From: Cenococcum geophilum
Lineage: Eukaryota
Direction of reading: 5' to 3'
NCBI GenBank assembly: GCA_050273025.1
Contig: CP158635.1
Location: forward strand, 8,432,001-8,496,000
Length of the DNA stretch: 64,000 bases
Part shown: positions 12,587-26,300 of the stretch, in pieces
Layout: every line of letters starts with the position of its first letter
How positions within the stretch are numbered: the stretch's first letter is position 1
Position numbers and translations under genes: made by a program
The notes under the pieces: model-generated
The model's database searches: none
What the model was told of the DNA's origin: nothing
Seen by the model: only the letters and a program-made list of their open reading frames with translations

Positions 12587-13002
12587 ACGTAATCTATCAC
12601 TAAGTGGTGGCCATCACCATGTGGTGCCCCATCAAAACTTACTAAAAATTAGAAAATTCGTACTTTAATATCTTAACAACCACTTAATAATAAATTTTAA
12701 AAATTTAGATTTAGGTTTATATATATACTCCATAGCTACTATTAAAGTTACATAGTAAATAGTTCAGTAGTTTTTAAAATATTAAATTTTGGGGGCTAAA
12801 ATAAGGCCAAATTACTATATCTTAAATACTACTAAACTATTTACTATGTAACTTTAATAGCAGCTGTAGAGTATATATATAAATCTAAATCTAAATTTTT
12901 AACATTTATTATTAAGTGGTTGTTAAGATATTGGGGTGCGGATTCTCCAATTTTTAGTACGGCGCCATATGGTGATGGCCACCACTTGGTGATAGATTAC
13001 GT
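12587..13002. mobile_element. Fold-back MITE with Fot1/pogo-type ends, TA TSD
   Basis: TA|ACGTAATCTATCAC...GTGATAGATTACGT|TA; near-complete 416-bp palindrome around a central loop ~12790-12815. Confidence 0.93.
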
Positions 13003-16000
13003 TATAATATTTGTAAACCTATTACTATTAGGCAGGTTAACTATAAAGTTAATTAAGATATCTTGCCATCTTTGCATTAAAATTAGCAACGGTTAAAGTA
13101 CTCCTTATTTCTTTATATAAGAGGTCTTCCTATATACGCACATTCTGTATACTTAAACGTATTTTTATATATAGTTATGCATTATAGGCCAGTAATATAC
13201 TTATTAGATAATCTTATAGGTCTTTATATAGCTGGGATGCCCTACCATAGGGGAATTGTATACAAATTTGAGTATTTTAAATTATAAGGGTTTGGAATTC
13301 GGGATTACTATCTTTTATTAATAATATAACTAATTATTATAGATTTCGCATTTAGTGAGTATAATATCCTTATATTACCGTTTCCCTATTTAAATTGCTT
13401 TTATTATATCTACTATCCAGGGGTCGTTTTTACATTTATACTCTATTAATTTATTAATTTCTAATTTATTCCTATTAAGCTCCGCGTTTAAAAATATAGG
13501 GCGTAGTTTCTTAAAGCGTTTAGGGGGTAGTAGAATTTATAATTAATTTATAATCTATTCGTTAAAGGCATTAGTAGGTAAGTTCTATAATTATTATATT
13601 AATAAGTTAGGCTTCTAATTAAGTTTACTAGGTTAGTATATAATCTTAAAGTTAAATTATAAAAGGTATTTAGCCTAACGAATTTAGTATTATATTAATT
13701 GCTTTATAGTTATAAAGTACTATAGGTTTTATAGTCCGTTAATACGTATATTAGGAATAACGATCCTTTAAGTTCTAAACGCCATTGTTTAAAACATTTA
13801 ATAATTATAAGCAGTTCCTTATTATAAATTTTATAGTTTAATTTAGTAGGGGTAAGTTTCCGGAAGAGAAAGGCTACTAGGCGTAGCTTGCCGTTTTTAT
13901 TATATTATAATAACACTCCTCCTAGTATATAATTAGATAAGTCTATTTTAATAATATATTTAAGGTCTAGATTAAAGTAGGTAAGAATTAAAGCAGTTAT
14001 AAAACAACATTTTAGGTTATTAAAAGCTTATTTATATTTAGTAGTCTATTTAAATCTTATATTCTTCCTTATTAAGTTTATTAATAGCTAAATAATTTTT
14101 AAGAAGTAATTAATAAATTAATAATAGAAATTTACAAATCCTAGAAATCCTTAGATATCTTATATACTATTAGGACTTTCCTAGTTTATAATTATAGCAA
14201 TTTTCTTAGGGTCTATTTTAATTCTATTATAGGATATAATTAGGCTTAAGTATATAACTTTAAACGCGTAGAACTTGTATTTCTTAATATTATATTATAA
14301 GCCCGCATCTCGCAGGCGTTTAAGGACTATTTAGATATGCCTTTAATGCTTAGAAAGTAAAGATAAATAGATTAAGATATTATTAATATACGCGGTAACA
14401 AATATATTAAGGAATTTATAAAGTATATTATTAACATATTACTAAAACATACTAAGACCATTCTTTACACTAATTGGCATTACTAGGTATTTAAAAAGTC
14501 CCTATTATATACAAAAAGCCGTATATTTTTTATCTCCTTTATAAACACGGATTTAATTAAAGGTAGTAACTACGTTAAGCTTTATAAAGTATTATACTTT
14601 TACTAAGTAGTTAAGTATTTCTTAAAGTAAAGGAATTAAATATTAGTTTTAAATTATAATCGCATTTAGGGCTTAATAATTAATATAGAACCTTAAGCCT
14701 CCTCTAGGTTTCTTAACAAATAGTATAAATAAGGTAAATAGTAATTAACTAGGGCGAATAAATCCTTTCTCTAGGTACTCTTTAAGGTATTATTATATTA
14801 TAAGTAGCTCTTTTTGCGATATACCGTATAACGGGCTAAACTTTAGCGTTATATTAGGTTTAAGTTCTATTTTAAAATTATATTCGTCTTAATACGGGAG
14901 TAGTTAATTTATAAATCGTTTTTTAAACGTATTAATTAGATTATAATATTTTTTAGGTATAAGAGGTTAGGGGTTAATATATTACTTTAGTTTTAACGCC
15001 TTCTTAATATCTTCTAGTGTTATAGTAAAGATCTTATAGTCTTGTTTTCTTGCTAATAAATAAAAGGGTGCGGCTTATATTATATAAATTTTAAGGGGTT
15101 TTAATATATTATCTTTGCATTCTTTATCGCAATTAGTAGTTATAACTTTATTATATTAGTTTAGGGTTTATAGTAAGGGTAATTTATATTATATTAAATT
15201 TAAATAGTTATATATATATTTATAGAGTAAGTAGTATTTTAAGTAATAACTTTAGCAGTAGGTTATATGGAATTTTAGTGTTTTTTTAACCTAGCTAATT
15301 AAAGGGTTATATTGTTTTAGTTATCTATATCTAAGCATTACCTTATAATACTTTAAGGGTATTATAAATAAGGAAACGTATTTAAGGTATTTGCCTATTT
15401 ATATCTTTATAAGAGCGTAGTACGTTAATTTACTATATATTAAAGGCTTACCATTAAAGCCTTATAGGCCTTAGGGCCTATTAAGTTTCTTTAAATTTAA
15501 GCATTAAGTTTTTGTGTAGTTTATATTAATAAAGCCTATACTAGTAGCTCCGCTATCTATAAGGATTTATACTTCCTTTTATTTTTTAAGTATTTAAATT
15601 TTGCTAAGTATATTAAAGGAGTTATTATATATTAGCGCTAAAAGAGCCTAGACACTTATACTCTTCCACTTTTTATCCTAAGGCATAACTTAGCCCTAGG
15701 ATAATTTATTTTCTAAATTAACTAAAGGTAAGATACTTTATAGCGACTAAGTATAATTTATAAAATAGGTATAATTTAAGGATTAAGAGGAACTACGGTA
15801 GACCTTTTTTAAAAAGTAAGTTTAATAATTCCTTTAAATATATCCCTTTTTACCGCATCTAAAGCATTCTCTATTTATAGCTTAAGTTCTTTATTTATTA
15901 GTTCCTAAGGGTGTATAAAATTGGGTTATATTAAGGTCTATAAGGTTATATATAGGGCTCTTAAGTCTTAAAGATAAATCGCGCTTTAGGGTATATACTA

Positions 16001-16643
16001 GTTTTATAGAGTTTTAAATATAAGGTATAGATAGCTTTAGAAAGTAAATCTATTTATTATATTAAAGGTCCTTATTAATTTGTTAATATATTATAGCAAA
16101 TTTAGGTAAGTCCTTTAGCAGTTTTTTACCTACTAACTATACTCTAATTTTATCTAAAATAGCTTAATAGAGAGTAGTAACTCTAGCGGCTTTATTTTAA
16201 TCTAGTTTACTAATAAGGCCTAAAAATTCTAAAAAGAAGCTAGTAAAGTCTTGGTTCCGTTATTATAGGTTTTTAAGTTTAGTAATAGCTATATATTCGC
16301 GGCTGGCGTTATTATATATTTATTTTAATAGAGAGATAAAGATTTTAAAATTAATAAAGGTGCCATTATAGAAGAATAGGTCTATAGTTTATATAGCGTC
16401 TTTACTTAAATAAAACATTTTATAGTTAATTTTACTAGCTTTAGTAGGGTATTAGTTATAGTTTATTAAAAGTTTAAGATAGAGCTTAGTTATAAAGGGA
16501 TGTAGGTTATTTTAATTTCTATTAAATATTAAAGGGTTAGGGAGCTTTTTAAATTTTATAGTAGGTATTAGGTTTATTATAGGTATAGGTTAAGCTACTA
16601 TTACTAGTTTAGGGTTTATATTTAATAGGTTAGGTTTATATAT

Positions 16644-19600
16644 TGTTGGTTATATAAGGTAATATTACGTAGCTACGGTTCGTAGATAGTATAATAATTA
16701 TTCTTTTTCTGTCTTTATAAGGGAGGGCGAGGAGCTTAAGGCTCCTTACCACGCTAGTGCCGCGGCGACACGTAACGGCAACTTGCCGCACATAACGGTA
16801 ACTTGCTATACGTAATGGCAATTTGCCTTATATAGTAACTACTTGCCTTTATTTCTAATACTAGCAACTCTTCTTTTATGGTTGCTATCTATATATATAT
16901 ACCGCTTAACTAGCGTAACAAATATTAATCCTCCTTACTTATTATTGCTATTATAATATAAGTCTCACTGTCCTAAAATTTTGCCCCTTAGTACGTGGTG
17001 CTTTCTTACTTAGGAGTTGTAGGTAGATATCTTATTTAGAGGGCCGCTAAGGCGCTAGTAGTAAGCGAGCTAATAGCGATTTTTTATCCCGGGGATAGAA
17101 AATCTTAATTAGCTAGGTTAAGTTAGGGTCTATAAAATATTATACTCCCCCCTCTAAAAAAAGTCTTAGCAAGAGAATCTAATTAATTAGACAACTTTAA
17201 CCGCCGGTTAAAGTTCCTAGATATCTTAAGACCTTACGTAACTAAGAAATTTCTAGGGAGTCCCTTTTAACCTAACCTTTAACTTATATATATAGAGTAT
17301 TTATATTAACAAACGTCTTTAGTGCCTTATTTAGGTTCGCCTTTATTATTATATCTACCGAGTTATCTTAGCCATTAATCTATTAAATTTTAAAGAGTTC
17401 TTAATGCTTGTAGGATTGCTAAAGTACTATAATGTTAATTATAAGGCGCTTTTTTTTTGTAGTATTAAGCTTAACTAAATACTTATAGAGGGAATATAAG
17501 TTAGTATATACGATTATAGGAATAACGGGAAGTTTAAGTTAATCTATAATTATCTTTAGGGTAGTTCTAATTATAATTACTATATTAACTTTACCAACTA
17601 TTCTATATATCTTTAACGCTAGAACGCTTTAAGTAACGCGCTTACTCTTAGTTAAGCTCTAATAGATAAGATTGCTGTGGATTATAAAGTTATTTTCTCT
17701 AGTAGACTTATTCGCGATAATAATCTTATATCCTAGCTAGGAGCTAAAATCTTTATTATTTATAAACGATTTATTAACAAATATAAAGAGCTTAGTAGTA
17801 GGAAGATTAATAGGCATATAGTGTAGTCCCTAGTTAAGATGGTTTATTTACCAGAAAAGACGTTTATTTAGGGTAAGAATGTCGTTCTTAGTTAGTTCCT
17901 AGTGTTAGGTGGTAACAGAGAGATTAAATAAAGCCTTAGGTTAATAGATAGAAGCAATATAAGCTCTGTAAGCGCGTTGCTTTATATATCCTTACTTTAG
18001 AGAATTAACATTAATAACGTTAATTTTCTTGCCTTAACCCTTCTAGCGTAAAGTAATAGAATCCTTATTTAGGGAGAGGATGCATTTATTAAAGAGTAAT
18101 AGTATTATTAAATTAAGCTTTTCCTTTAGCTTTGCTATAAGATTTATTTTTACTAGTTTATCTTCTTTAAGAGCTAAGAATTGGTTATCTCCTAAAATAA
18201 TTATATTATTAGTTTATATACTAACGATTCTAAATAGGGTTCCTATAGTTATAATAAGGAAGCAGGGATTAAATATAAAAGTAGTTATTAAAAGCTTCTC
18301 TTTATAGTGCTTGCTGTAGGTAGCCCACTAGTAAGTTCTTACCTTTGCGATTTTATATAATGGCTTAAGCATAACTATAATTATATCTTTAGGATACTAG
18401 TGGCGAATTTGCTCTAGAAGGTATGCTAATATTAAGCGCTAAAGGTGCGTCTCTAATTAGGTGTAGGCTTAAGTAATATCTTATAAATAAACTACTATTC
18501 TATTCTTTATTAAGGAGGGAGCTAATATAATAATAACTTGCTAACTAGCTTATTAAATTATAAGAGATTATATAAGAATTATCTCTTTACTATTATTGTT
18601 ATAACCTTAGATAATAAGCCTTAATTTCTTAAATAGGGCGTTAGTAGCTTTACCCTTAATCTTATTAACTATTTTTAACTTAAAGATGCAAACTCTATTA
18701 AACTTAGTAGGGTTATACTTCTTAAATTTAAAGACTCCCCTTATAATGAGACTATTAATCTCCTACTTATTAGATGCTTAGAAAGGAACTCCTAAAGTTA
18801 TAATATGACCTTCCTTTTAGAGCTGTTTTGCGAGTTTAAAGTTAGCCTTCTCCTTAGCTATTATAAAGGCTATTAATAGCTTAACTCTATTCTTAATAGC
18901 GGTAACAAATTGCTCTTTAAAATTAATAAGATATTAGTAATTCTGTGATCCCTTTAGGCGGCCTCTACTGCGTTATAGCTGCGGTGTATCTACTATAATT
19001 ATATTAGGATTATAGTCGCCTTTTAGAGCACGTTAATCGTGGTTCTCTTTTAGGGCGTTTTTTATAGCATCCTGTAAAGGCTTAGAACTGTTATCTTTAT
19101 AGTAAGGCTTAATAATAGTTAAACGGAATTAAGTGGGTCTATAAGGCATCTAAATAGTATAAGTTTAACTATTAATTATAATAAGTTAATATAGGCCTAA
19201 CTATTCTCCCTTTTTACGCTATACGCGTACCTTAGACTAGAGTGGTAGATTAAGCGTAGTTAAGATATTTAGGCTATTTCTTATTCCTAGTATATTGTTA
19301 ACCTAGTATATAGCGTAGAGACATTATACCTCCTTTATTGCCTTATGAATAGCCTTAGCTTATTATATAATAAAGGGAGATAATAGAAAATTGTTAGTTA
19401 TTTAAAGGTAGGCGCTAAAGACTAGTAATATAGGTATAAGTTTATCCAGGCTAGCGGAATTATTAATAGCTTTAATAGCTATTTATAAGGTAAGTTCTTT
19501 ATTAGCGTCCTTTAGTTCTAAAGAGATAATCTTATATACGCGGCGTAATAGCGTATAATATTGTTCTACTTTTTTAATACTATTATATACCTTAATAGGG

Positions 19601-22600
19601 ACTTCCTTAACCTTAATTACTATTGCCTTTATTTATTATTAAAACTCTATAGATAAGAAGTTCTTTTCTACATTATAGACGATTTAATTAGGGGGTCCTA
19701 AATAGACATTAATCTAGTATAATTAAAGGGTATCCTATATATTTCTGGCTAATATATCTTTTAAAAAACGCGCGGCTTAGAAGGAGGTTAAGAAGTTAAT
19801 AACTTAGAGTACTGGCTTACCGCTAAGATATATAACGTTAATAATAATATAGAAGTTAAAGTTGTAGTTATTTTTAAGGGTAAACTTAAATCGGCTAGGG
19901 GACTTCTGGTTTATTTAGTAGTAATAGTTATACTTTATAAAATGCTTAATTACCTTAACCTTAACTTTATAGCCTGCTTGCTAAAGGACCCTAAGTAATT
20001 AATAAATAGATAGGTGGCCAAAACGATAGTGTAGTTGGCGTAATTCTAACTTAGTTAAGTGGCTTTATATAATACTCTTTTCTAGTTAATAAAGGAGCAA
20101 CTAGGGGTGGCCCTACTTGCGTATAATAGGCACTTAATTGTCTCCCTAAATAAGTATATTTTTAAGGTTATTAAGCCTAACGCCTAATTTATTTATATCT
20201 TTAATATAAAATAGAAATAGAGTGTTTATAGGAATAATATAGAAAGTAATGTATCCTAAGGGGGTTTAGACCCTAATTATGCCGAAAGAGATTATAGTAC
20301 CCTTGCTAAAACGTATTATATATTAGCCTGCCATTAATTAGTTAATCTAGATAGAAGTATTAAGTTATTAGAGAGCTTAAACTTAAGGTTCTCCTACTAT
20401 AGATACTCCTACGGCCCTAGTATCTGGTATAATACTATAAAAGATGTTTATTAAGTATTTGTCGTTAAAGGAAAACGCGGAACTCTCCTTTAGCTTATTA
20501 AAGATATTTAATTTCATAATAGAATGGAGCGTAGATTAGTTATTAAGAACGGCGATGGTTTATATGCTATCTACCTTACTATACTTAGTAAAGTATTAGT
20601 TAAGAGAGTAGTCCTTAATTTCTATATCTATAAGGAGCTATTTAACCTTATTAACCTTACCTTTAAGATCTTTTACGCCTTTATATTAAACTAGGAAGCT
20701 TTAGAAGTAGGCTATAGTAACCTTATAATTTCTAACGTTTTTTATACTCTAACGAAACTTATTATATACCTCTTTTTACTTATTAAGGAAGTATCTAGTT
20801 AATTAGTAATTTGGCTTCTTATAAATATAGTACTTTTTTTAATAATTACTTTAAAATAAACCTCTATAAGGACCTCTATAATTACCTTATAGTTAACGTT
20901 AATTATACCCTCTTCTATATTCCCTACTACGGCCACTATATATTTAATTAGTCTAGTTATAATCGTATTAGTTAGGAATACTTAGTTAGGTAGGGTTTTT
21001 AGTATAGAACTGTTAAGATTCTTATATTTATATTATAGTACCTATAGCGGAGCGTAGCTTAGTATATACTTCTTTAAACGTATTTATAGGTTTATATAGC
21101 GCTAAGTTACACTTAGGAACGCTATAGCATGCTAAAATAACCTGGTCCCTTAGGCTGTTCTTATTTTAGTAAGTTTTAATAAGGCCACGTTAGATTTTCT
21201 AGAGTTTATTAAAGAGTAGTTAAAGGTACTCTAAATAAGTCTTTATTGGGTTAGAAGTAATAACTTTCTAAAACGTAGTTTCCCGCTATTTAAATATATA
21301 AAGTTGGCGATTCTTATTAGTCTTAAAGTGAGCTTTAGTAAGCTAAAGTATTATATTAAAGCTATAGTTTTTACCTATAATATAGTTATAATAGAATATT
21401 ACTACCCGTTCTTTTAACATAATAGAGAAAGCGTAGTAGTATTAGTGGTATTAAATTCTAACCTTATTATAACAGTTATAGAAAACCTATAGTTTTGCTC
21501 TAAGTATATTATATAATTCTCCTTTAAACTTCTTCTCTTTGTCTAAATATACCTTTATTAGATTCGTAACTTCTTATAGTAAAGGGTTACCGGTTAGCTA
21601 GAGTAGAGGAGCTAAAGGCAGCAAAGGTAGAGGAAGAGTACCTCTAGGTAGGAGAGTATCTTTAGGTGGGAGGGTAGCGTTTTAGGGGGTTTGTTCTAAA
21701 TTAAAGTTGCCTTTTAAAGAATATAGGTTAGTTCTAGGTTTCTATAGTTAATATATAATCTTAGCTTCCGTCTATACTAGTTCTTTTATACTAGTAATAA
21801 CGGCCTAAATATTACTAGTAATTAGGTTACCGTTCTTAGCAATATATACCCTATTTCTATAGAGGAAGTCTTAAAAATCCTAAACAATATTAAAATTACT
21901 AAGTGCCTAGGTATTAGCGGTCCATCCTATAAAATCCTCCCTAAAATATTCCCACAGCTATAAATTAGTATAGTGTAGGAGAAAGCCATTAACTTGTTTT
22001 ATGGTATAAGTTATTATATTAAAGGTAAATTTATCCTAATTTTTATTAATAAGTTTCGCGTATAAAGCTACCCCTAGTGGTAAAGAGTCTTCCTAGTTAT
22101 TTAAAGTAGGCGTAGCCATATTTTTAGAGGGAGGGAAGTGTTATTAGTATAGGGATTGTTGTTTAGTACGCGTTTATAATATATACTTATTATTTAGTAC
22201 GCGTTTATCGTTTAGTACGCGTTTATAATATATATTTACGATTATAGGGCTTAGGACTAGTTCTAGCCTTAAATTGCAAAGACTTATAAAGCGTATTATT
22301 CTGCGTAATAGACGCAAAAATCCGTAATCTTAAAAAGGCTTAGGACTAGTTCTGGCCTTTAAATCCTTAAATTTATAGAAGAGTTTTATTTAAGGTTTAG
22401 GACCAGTTCTAACCTTAAAAGACAGCTCCCTTTAGCATAAGTAGTACTAGTATAGTGGCTTATCTCTTCTTAGTGGAATACCTAGCTGCTCTATAGTATA
22501 ACAGTAATATTAACCACTAATTAGTGTTGGTTATACAAGGTAATATTACGTAGCTATAGTTCGTAGATAGTATAATAATTGTTCTTTTTCTATCTTTATA

Positions 22601-22741
22601 AGGGAGGGCGAGGAGCTTAAGGCTCCTCGCCACGCTAGTGCCGCGGCGACATGTGACGGCAACTTGCCGCACGTAACGGCAACTTGCCATACGTGATGGC
22701 AATTTGCCTTATGTGGTGACCACTTACCTTTATTCCTAACA
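16644..22741 (-). mobile_element. Full-length Ty1/Copia element, GalEa-like, RIP-degenerate; 217-bp LTRs at 16644-16860 and 22525-22741; TSD TATAT
   Basis: Paired TG..CA LTRs and 5-bp TSD; INT (HYRFGH ~19985), RT (DIT*AY, LKPLY), RNase H (KSKRVT*SVLA) in Copia order; palindromic CTAATTAG directly after the 5' LTR instead of a tRNA PBS, as I recall being reported for fungal GalEa elements. Confidence 0.92.
17045..17235 (-). promoter_or_regulatory. Conserved palindrome/CCAAT module in the Copia 3' UTR (shared with 38770-38965)
   Basis: GAACTTTAACCGGCGGTTAAAGTT and GATTTTCTATCCCCGGGATAAAAAATCGCTATTAGCTCG align colinearly with the Gypsy B 3' UTR; function unknown. Confidence 0.6.
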
Positions 22742-23100
22742 TATATAATTATTTTAATTTTGTTTATAGGTATTGCTATTAGGGTCTCTAATATAAATAC
22801 TTTAAGGTTACGGAGTTCTTCGTGGATTGCTCCTATTTATTGCTCCTATTAAGCTTCTAATATCGCTCGCTATTAGGCTAAAGTATCTATAAAGGACTGT
22901 TATATTATAGTTAACTATTCCCTAACTAGGGCTATAATACTTATAGTTAACGTAAGGGGTTCAAGTTTGTTTACCATTTTAATAGTAGTTTTTTTAATAT
23001 AATATAATATAAGGGCGCGAAGAAACTTTAGGGAAGATTTAAAGGAATAATATAAATTCTATCTAAATCTAAGGGTATATAGCTCTTACTAAGAACAAGA

Positions 23101-23351
23101 CGTTACGTAAAGAAGAGAAAGAAATAATAAGAGAATTATATAATTAAATAGTTAGAGGCTTAGTGGTTAATGCATGCGTATATACGCACGCGGTCTTTAA
23201 TGGACTTTAGTAAAATTTAATAGATCTGGCAGAACTTAGCAGAAGTTAATTAAGCTAGTAGAATTCGGCAGAATTTAGATAAAGTGTTAGAATTTATCTG
23301 TTAAGTGTTTTACCGAGACGTTCCTACTATAACTGGGCTAGTCCCGTTACA
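23101..23351 (-). repeat. 5' LTR of Gypsy E
   Basis: Ends CCCGTTACA; internal GCAGAA(C/G/T)TT ~10-mer repeats; same architecture as 27690-27991. Confidence 0.7.
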
Positions 23352-26300
23352 AGTAAAACTTATTTACTACGTTTTACCTTTAGATAGATAGGTAGATAAA
23401 AAGGTAAAATTAAACTATAGAGTAGTACCTTAGGGCATTCTATAACTTTAAATAGATAAATTAAGCCAGTCTCCTTACTACGGCGGAGTTTACTTATAAT
23501 AACTTAATCCACGCCTCTATAGAAATAACCCTATTTTAGGTAAATAAGGCTAAAACGCTATTTAGAGATAAGGGTCTAAGAGAAGCCTATAGAGGTAGTA
23601 TATTAAAGTATGCTAAAGAATTGGCCAATAAATTAAAGATAATTTACGATAAATTAAGGCAATCCTTAGTTAAGGCTTAAGAATTCTAAGCAAAATACTA
23701 TAATATAGGTCATAAACCTATAGAATTTAAGGAAGGAGACTATATATAGCTAGCGGGTAAGTATATATAGATAAGTAGACCTAAGGAAAAGCTAGATTAT
23801 AAAAACTTTGGACTCTTTAAGGTTATAAGGGTAATTAATATATAGGTATATTAGCTTAAATTACTAGAAAATTAAAATACCTATAATGTGTTCTATATGT
23901 CCCTCTTAGAAAAATATATACTAGATATAGTTAGTAGGAGATAATAGCTTATACCTTATTTTATAGATATACCCAAATTAGAATAATAGTATATTAAGGC
24001 TATTTTAGGCTAAATAAAAGACGAAAATAGAAATATAAGGTATTAAGTATATTAGAAAGGATATAGTCTAAAAGACACTATATAAAAACTAGCTAAAAAC
24101 CTATTAGAAACTATAGTAAAAGCTTATAAGCGCACTTTAGGATAAAATAGGCTACGGACTACCTATAACTTAGACCTTAAAAGTAAAAACTATAATAAAC
24201 TAGGACGGCCCCTGAAGAAGAAAAAGGGTGCTAAATAGTAACTCTTTTTTAATTTCCCCCTAAATAGGGTTTTATAGGTTTTAGTAAGACCATAAAAGGA
24301 CTTAATTAATCTAACTAGGATAATAATATAATTAGGAACGAATTGGAACTAATATAGTAAAATTTGGTTTAGGGAGCACTAATAGTAACCTATAGCTAAA
24401 AGAGCCAGTTTATACCTACCTAGGTAAGGAGTATAAAAGAAAAGGGCTAACCTATTACTATTTTTCGTTAACTAACCTAAATATAATAAAAGAAACTAAA
24501 CTAAAGAAGGCCGCCGCTTAAAGGGACCTATAAGATATTAACCTAGCTAAAAAGGGTTAAAAAAGGACTACTTATAAAGCGCTAGTACCAAATCCCGCTA
24601 AACTAAAGCTATTAGCTAAATTATCCCTAACTAAAGAAGAATAAGCTATATTAGTACTAGGATTACACTTTAGATTTCCTAAAGTATTAGGAGAAGTTAT
24701 ATCGCTACTAACTGGCTTAAAATGGCTAAGGGGATTAGCTTAAGGCGTAGGAGGGGCTATAGAGGTTAGAGTGCTGCTAATAAGCTCTATATTATCGAAA
24801 TAGTTAATAATATAGCATAAAGTAGTGTTAATACTAGTTATACTCCCTTTAAGAAAATTAAGCCGGGCCCCTAGGTCCTTAACGTTATAAGAAAGGCGCT
24901 AAAGGAGGTTAGTATAATTATTAAGCTCTATAATAACCTTAAAAAGAGTAACTAGAGTATATTATACCTAAAATAGACTAGTTAGCATTAAGAACAACTA
25001 AAGGATATTAATAAAACTTATAGTGGTAAGAGCTTCCTAGAGACGTTCTAAGTTTTATTTTAGTAAATTAAATATACTATTTAACTAGATAGATAGGACT
25101 CTATTAGAAGAAGTTAGGGCTAGTTTTTATAGAAAGAATAGGATAAGAGCTAGAATATCTTTTTATAGAGTAAAGGTTAACTTATTAGGCTTAGTAGGAG
25201 TAATAGGGTTAAAAAAGATAGTATAAGACTTCTTAGTAGTAGTAGAGCTAAATCTAGCCAAAGGGCTAGAATAGATCTTTATAGTACTAAAACGGGGCAC
25301 CTTAGTTATAATTACCTTATTAACTCCAGGAAGGTCCTCTTTAGAAAAATTAAGGTTAATTTTAACCTACTTGCGTTTAGGTATAGCTTTATAACACCGT
25401 TTACTACTAAATAAGAATAAATAGGGCGTGGGAGTAGTAAATAAGGCACTAAAGGCAATAGAGCTAAAAGATGCCTTAGTAATACCGTATTTAGCTAAAG
25501 CGGCCCTAATAAAGCAATTATAACGTAGAAGTTCTTTACTAGACCTATTAAAGTAATAAGTGCCTATATAGGCCGTAAGATTATTATTTTTAAGAATATA
25601 GTAGCTATTAAGGTTAATAGGAAACTAAAAGGATTAGAAGAAATCACTTATATATAAAGCGCCTTTATTAAAACTATATAAGCACTATTTACGTCACCTT
25701 AAAGAGTCTTAATTTAGTCCGCATTTTCTTAATTAATAGCTAAATTTAGGTCCTAAGCGAGCTTCTAAAATTTAATAGATTAGTTAAATAAGTGTTTAGG
25801 ATTTTATAGGACTAGTTAGTTTAATAAGTGTAACACTTAACTAAAAAGGTATAATTTAGATTTAATAGGAACTAACCTAGCTATAATAAAGCGAACTATC
25901 TCTAAAGTATCTGCGATAGTAAAAATTAGAAATAAATTAAGCCGAATTAAAACCGGCTGTAGTAGAGATAGAATAAACTATATTAAACTGTTAAACCTCC
26001 CTATTCTAGAACTATTTAAGCTACTTTAGGAACTTATAGTGATGTGCACGACCAGCTTCACCCCCCTCCCTTAGCGAGTTGCAGATTCGGTACGCGCATC
26101 CAATTTCGCCTGGTTGCCACCAGCTGTACATCGTAATTGTAGCGAACGGCTGTGGCTGCACGCAAGGACCTTTTTGGTTGCCCTGGAGAATCGCCTTAGT
26201 TGGCCAGGAGAATCAAATTGAAGACGACGCTTCCTTTTCTTCCCTTAGCTATGCCCCCCCATTGTGCCCGCCAAAACACGAATACAACGCTGTCTCTGCA

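Larger units (their letters stand above)
12060..23351 (-). mobile_element. Ty3/Gypsy element E (3'-truncated), interrupted by a MITE and a Copia element
   Basis: Minus strand: gag with zinc knuckle CFRCGKKG ~15850, protease LIDSGA ~15555, RT, RNase H, integrase to ~12250; gag continues at 22747-22980 beyond the nested Copia; LTR-like 23101-23351. Confidence 0.88.

Noticed and set aside
16636..16821. 61-aa ORF repeated at 22517-22702
   Set aside because: Lies within the two LTRs; duplication is explained by LTR identity
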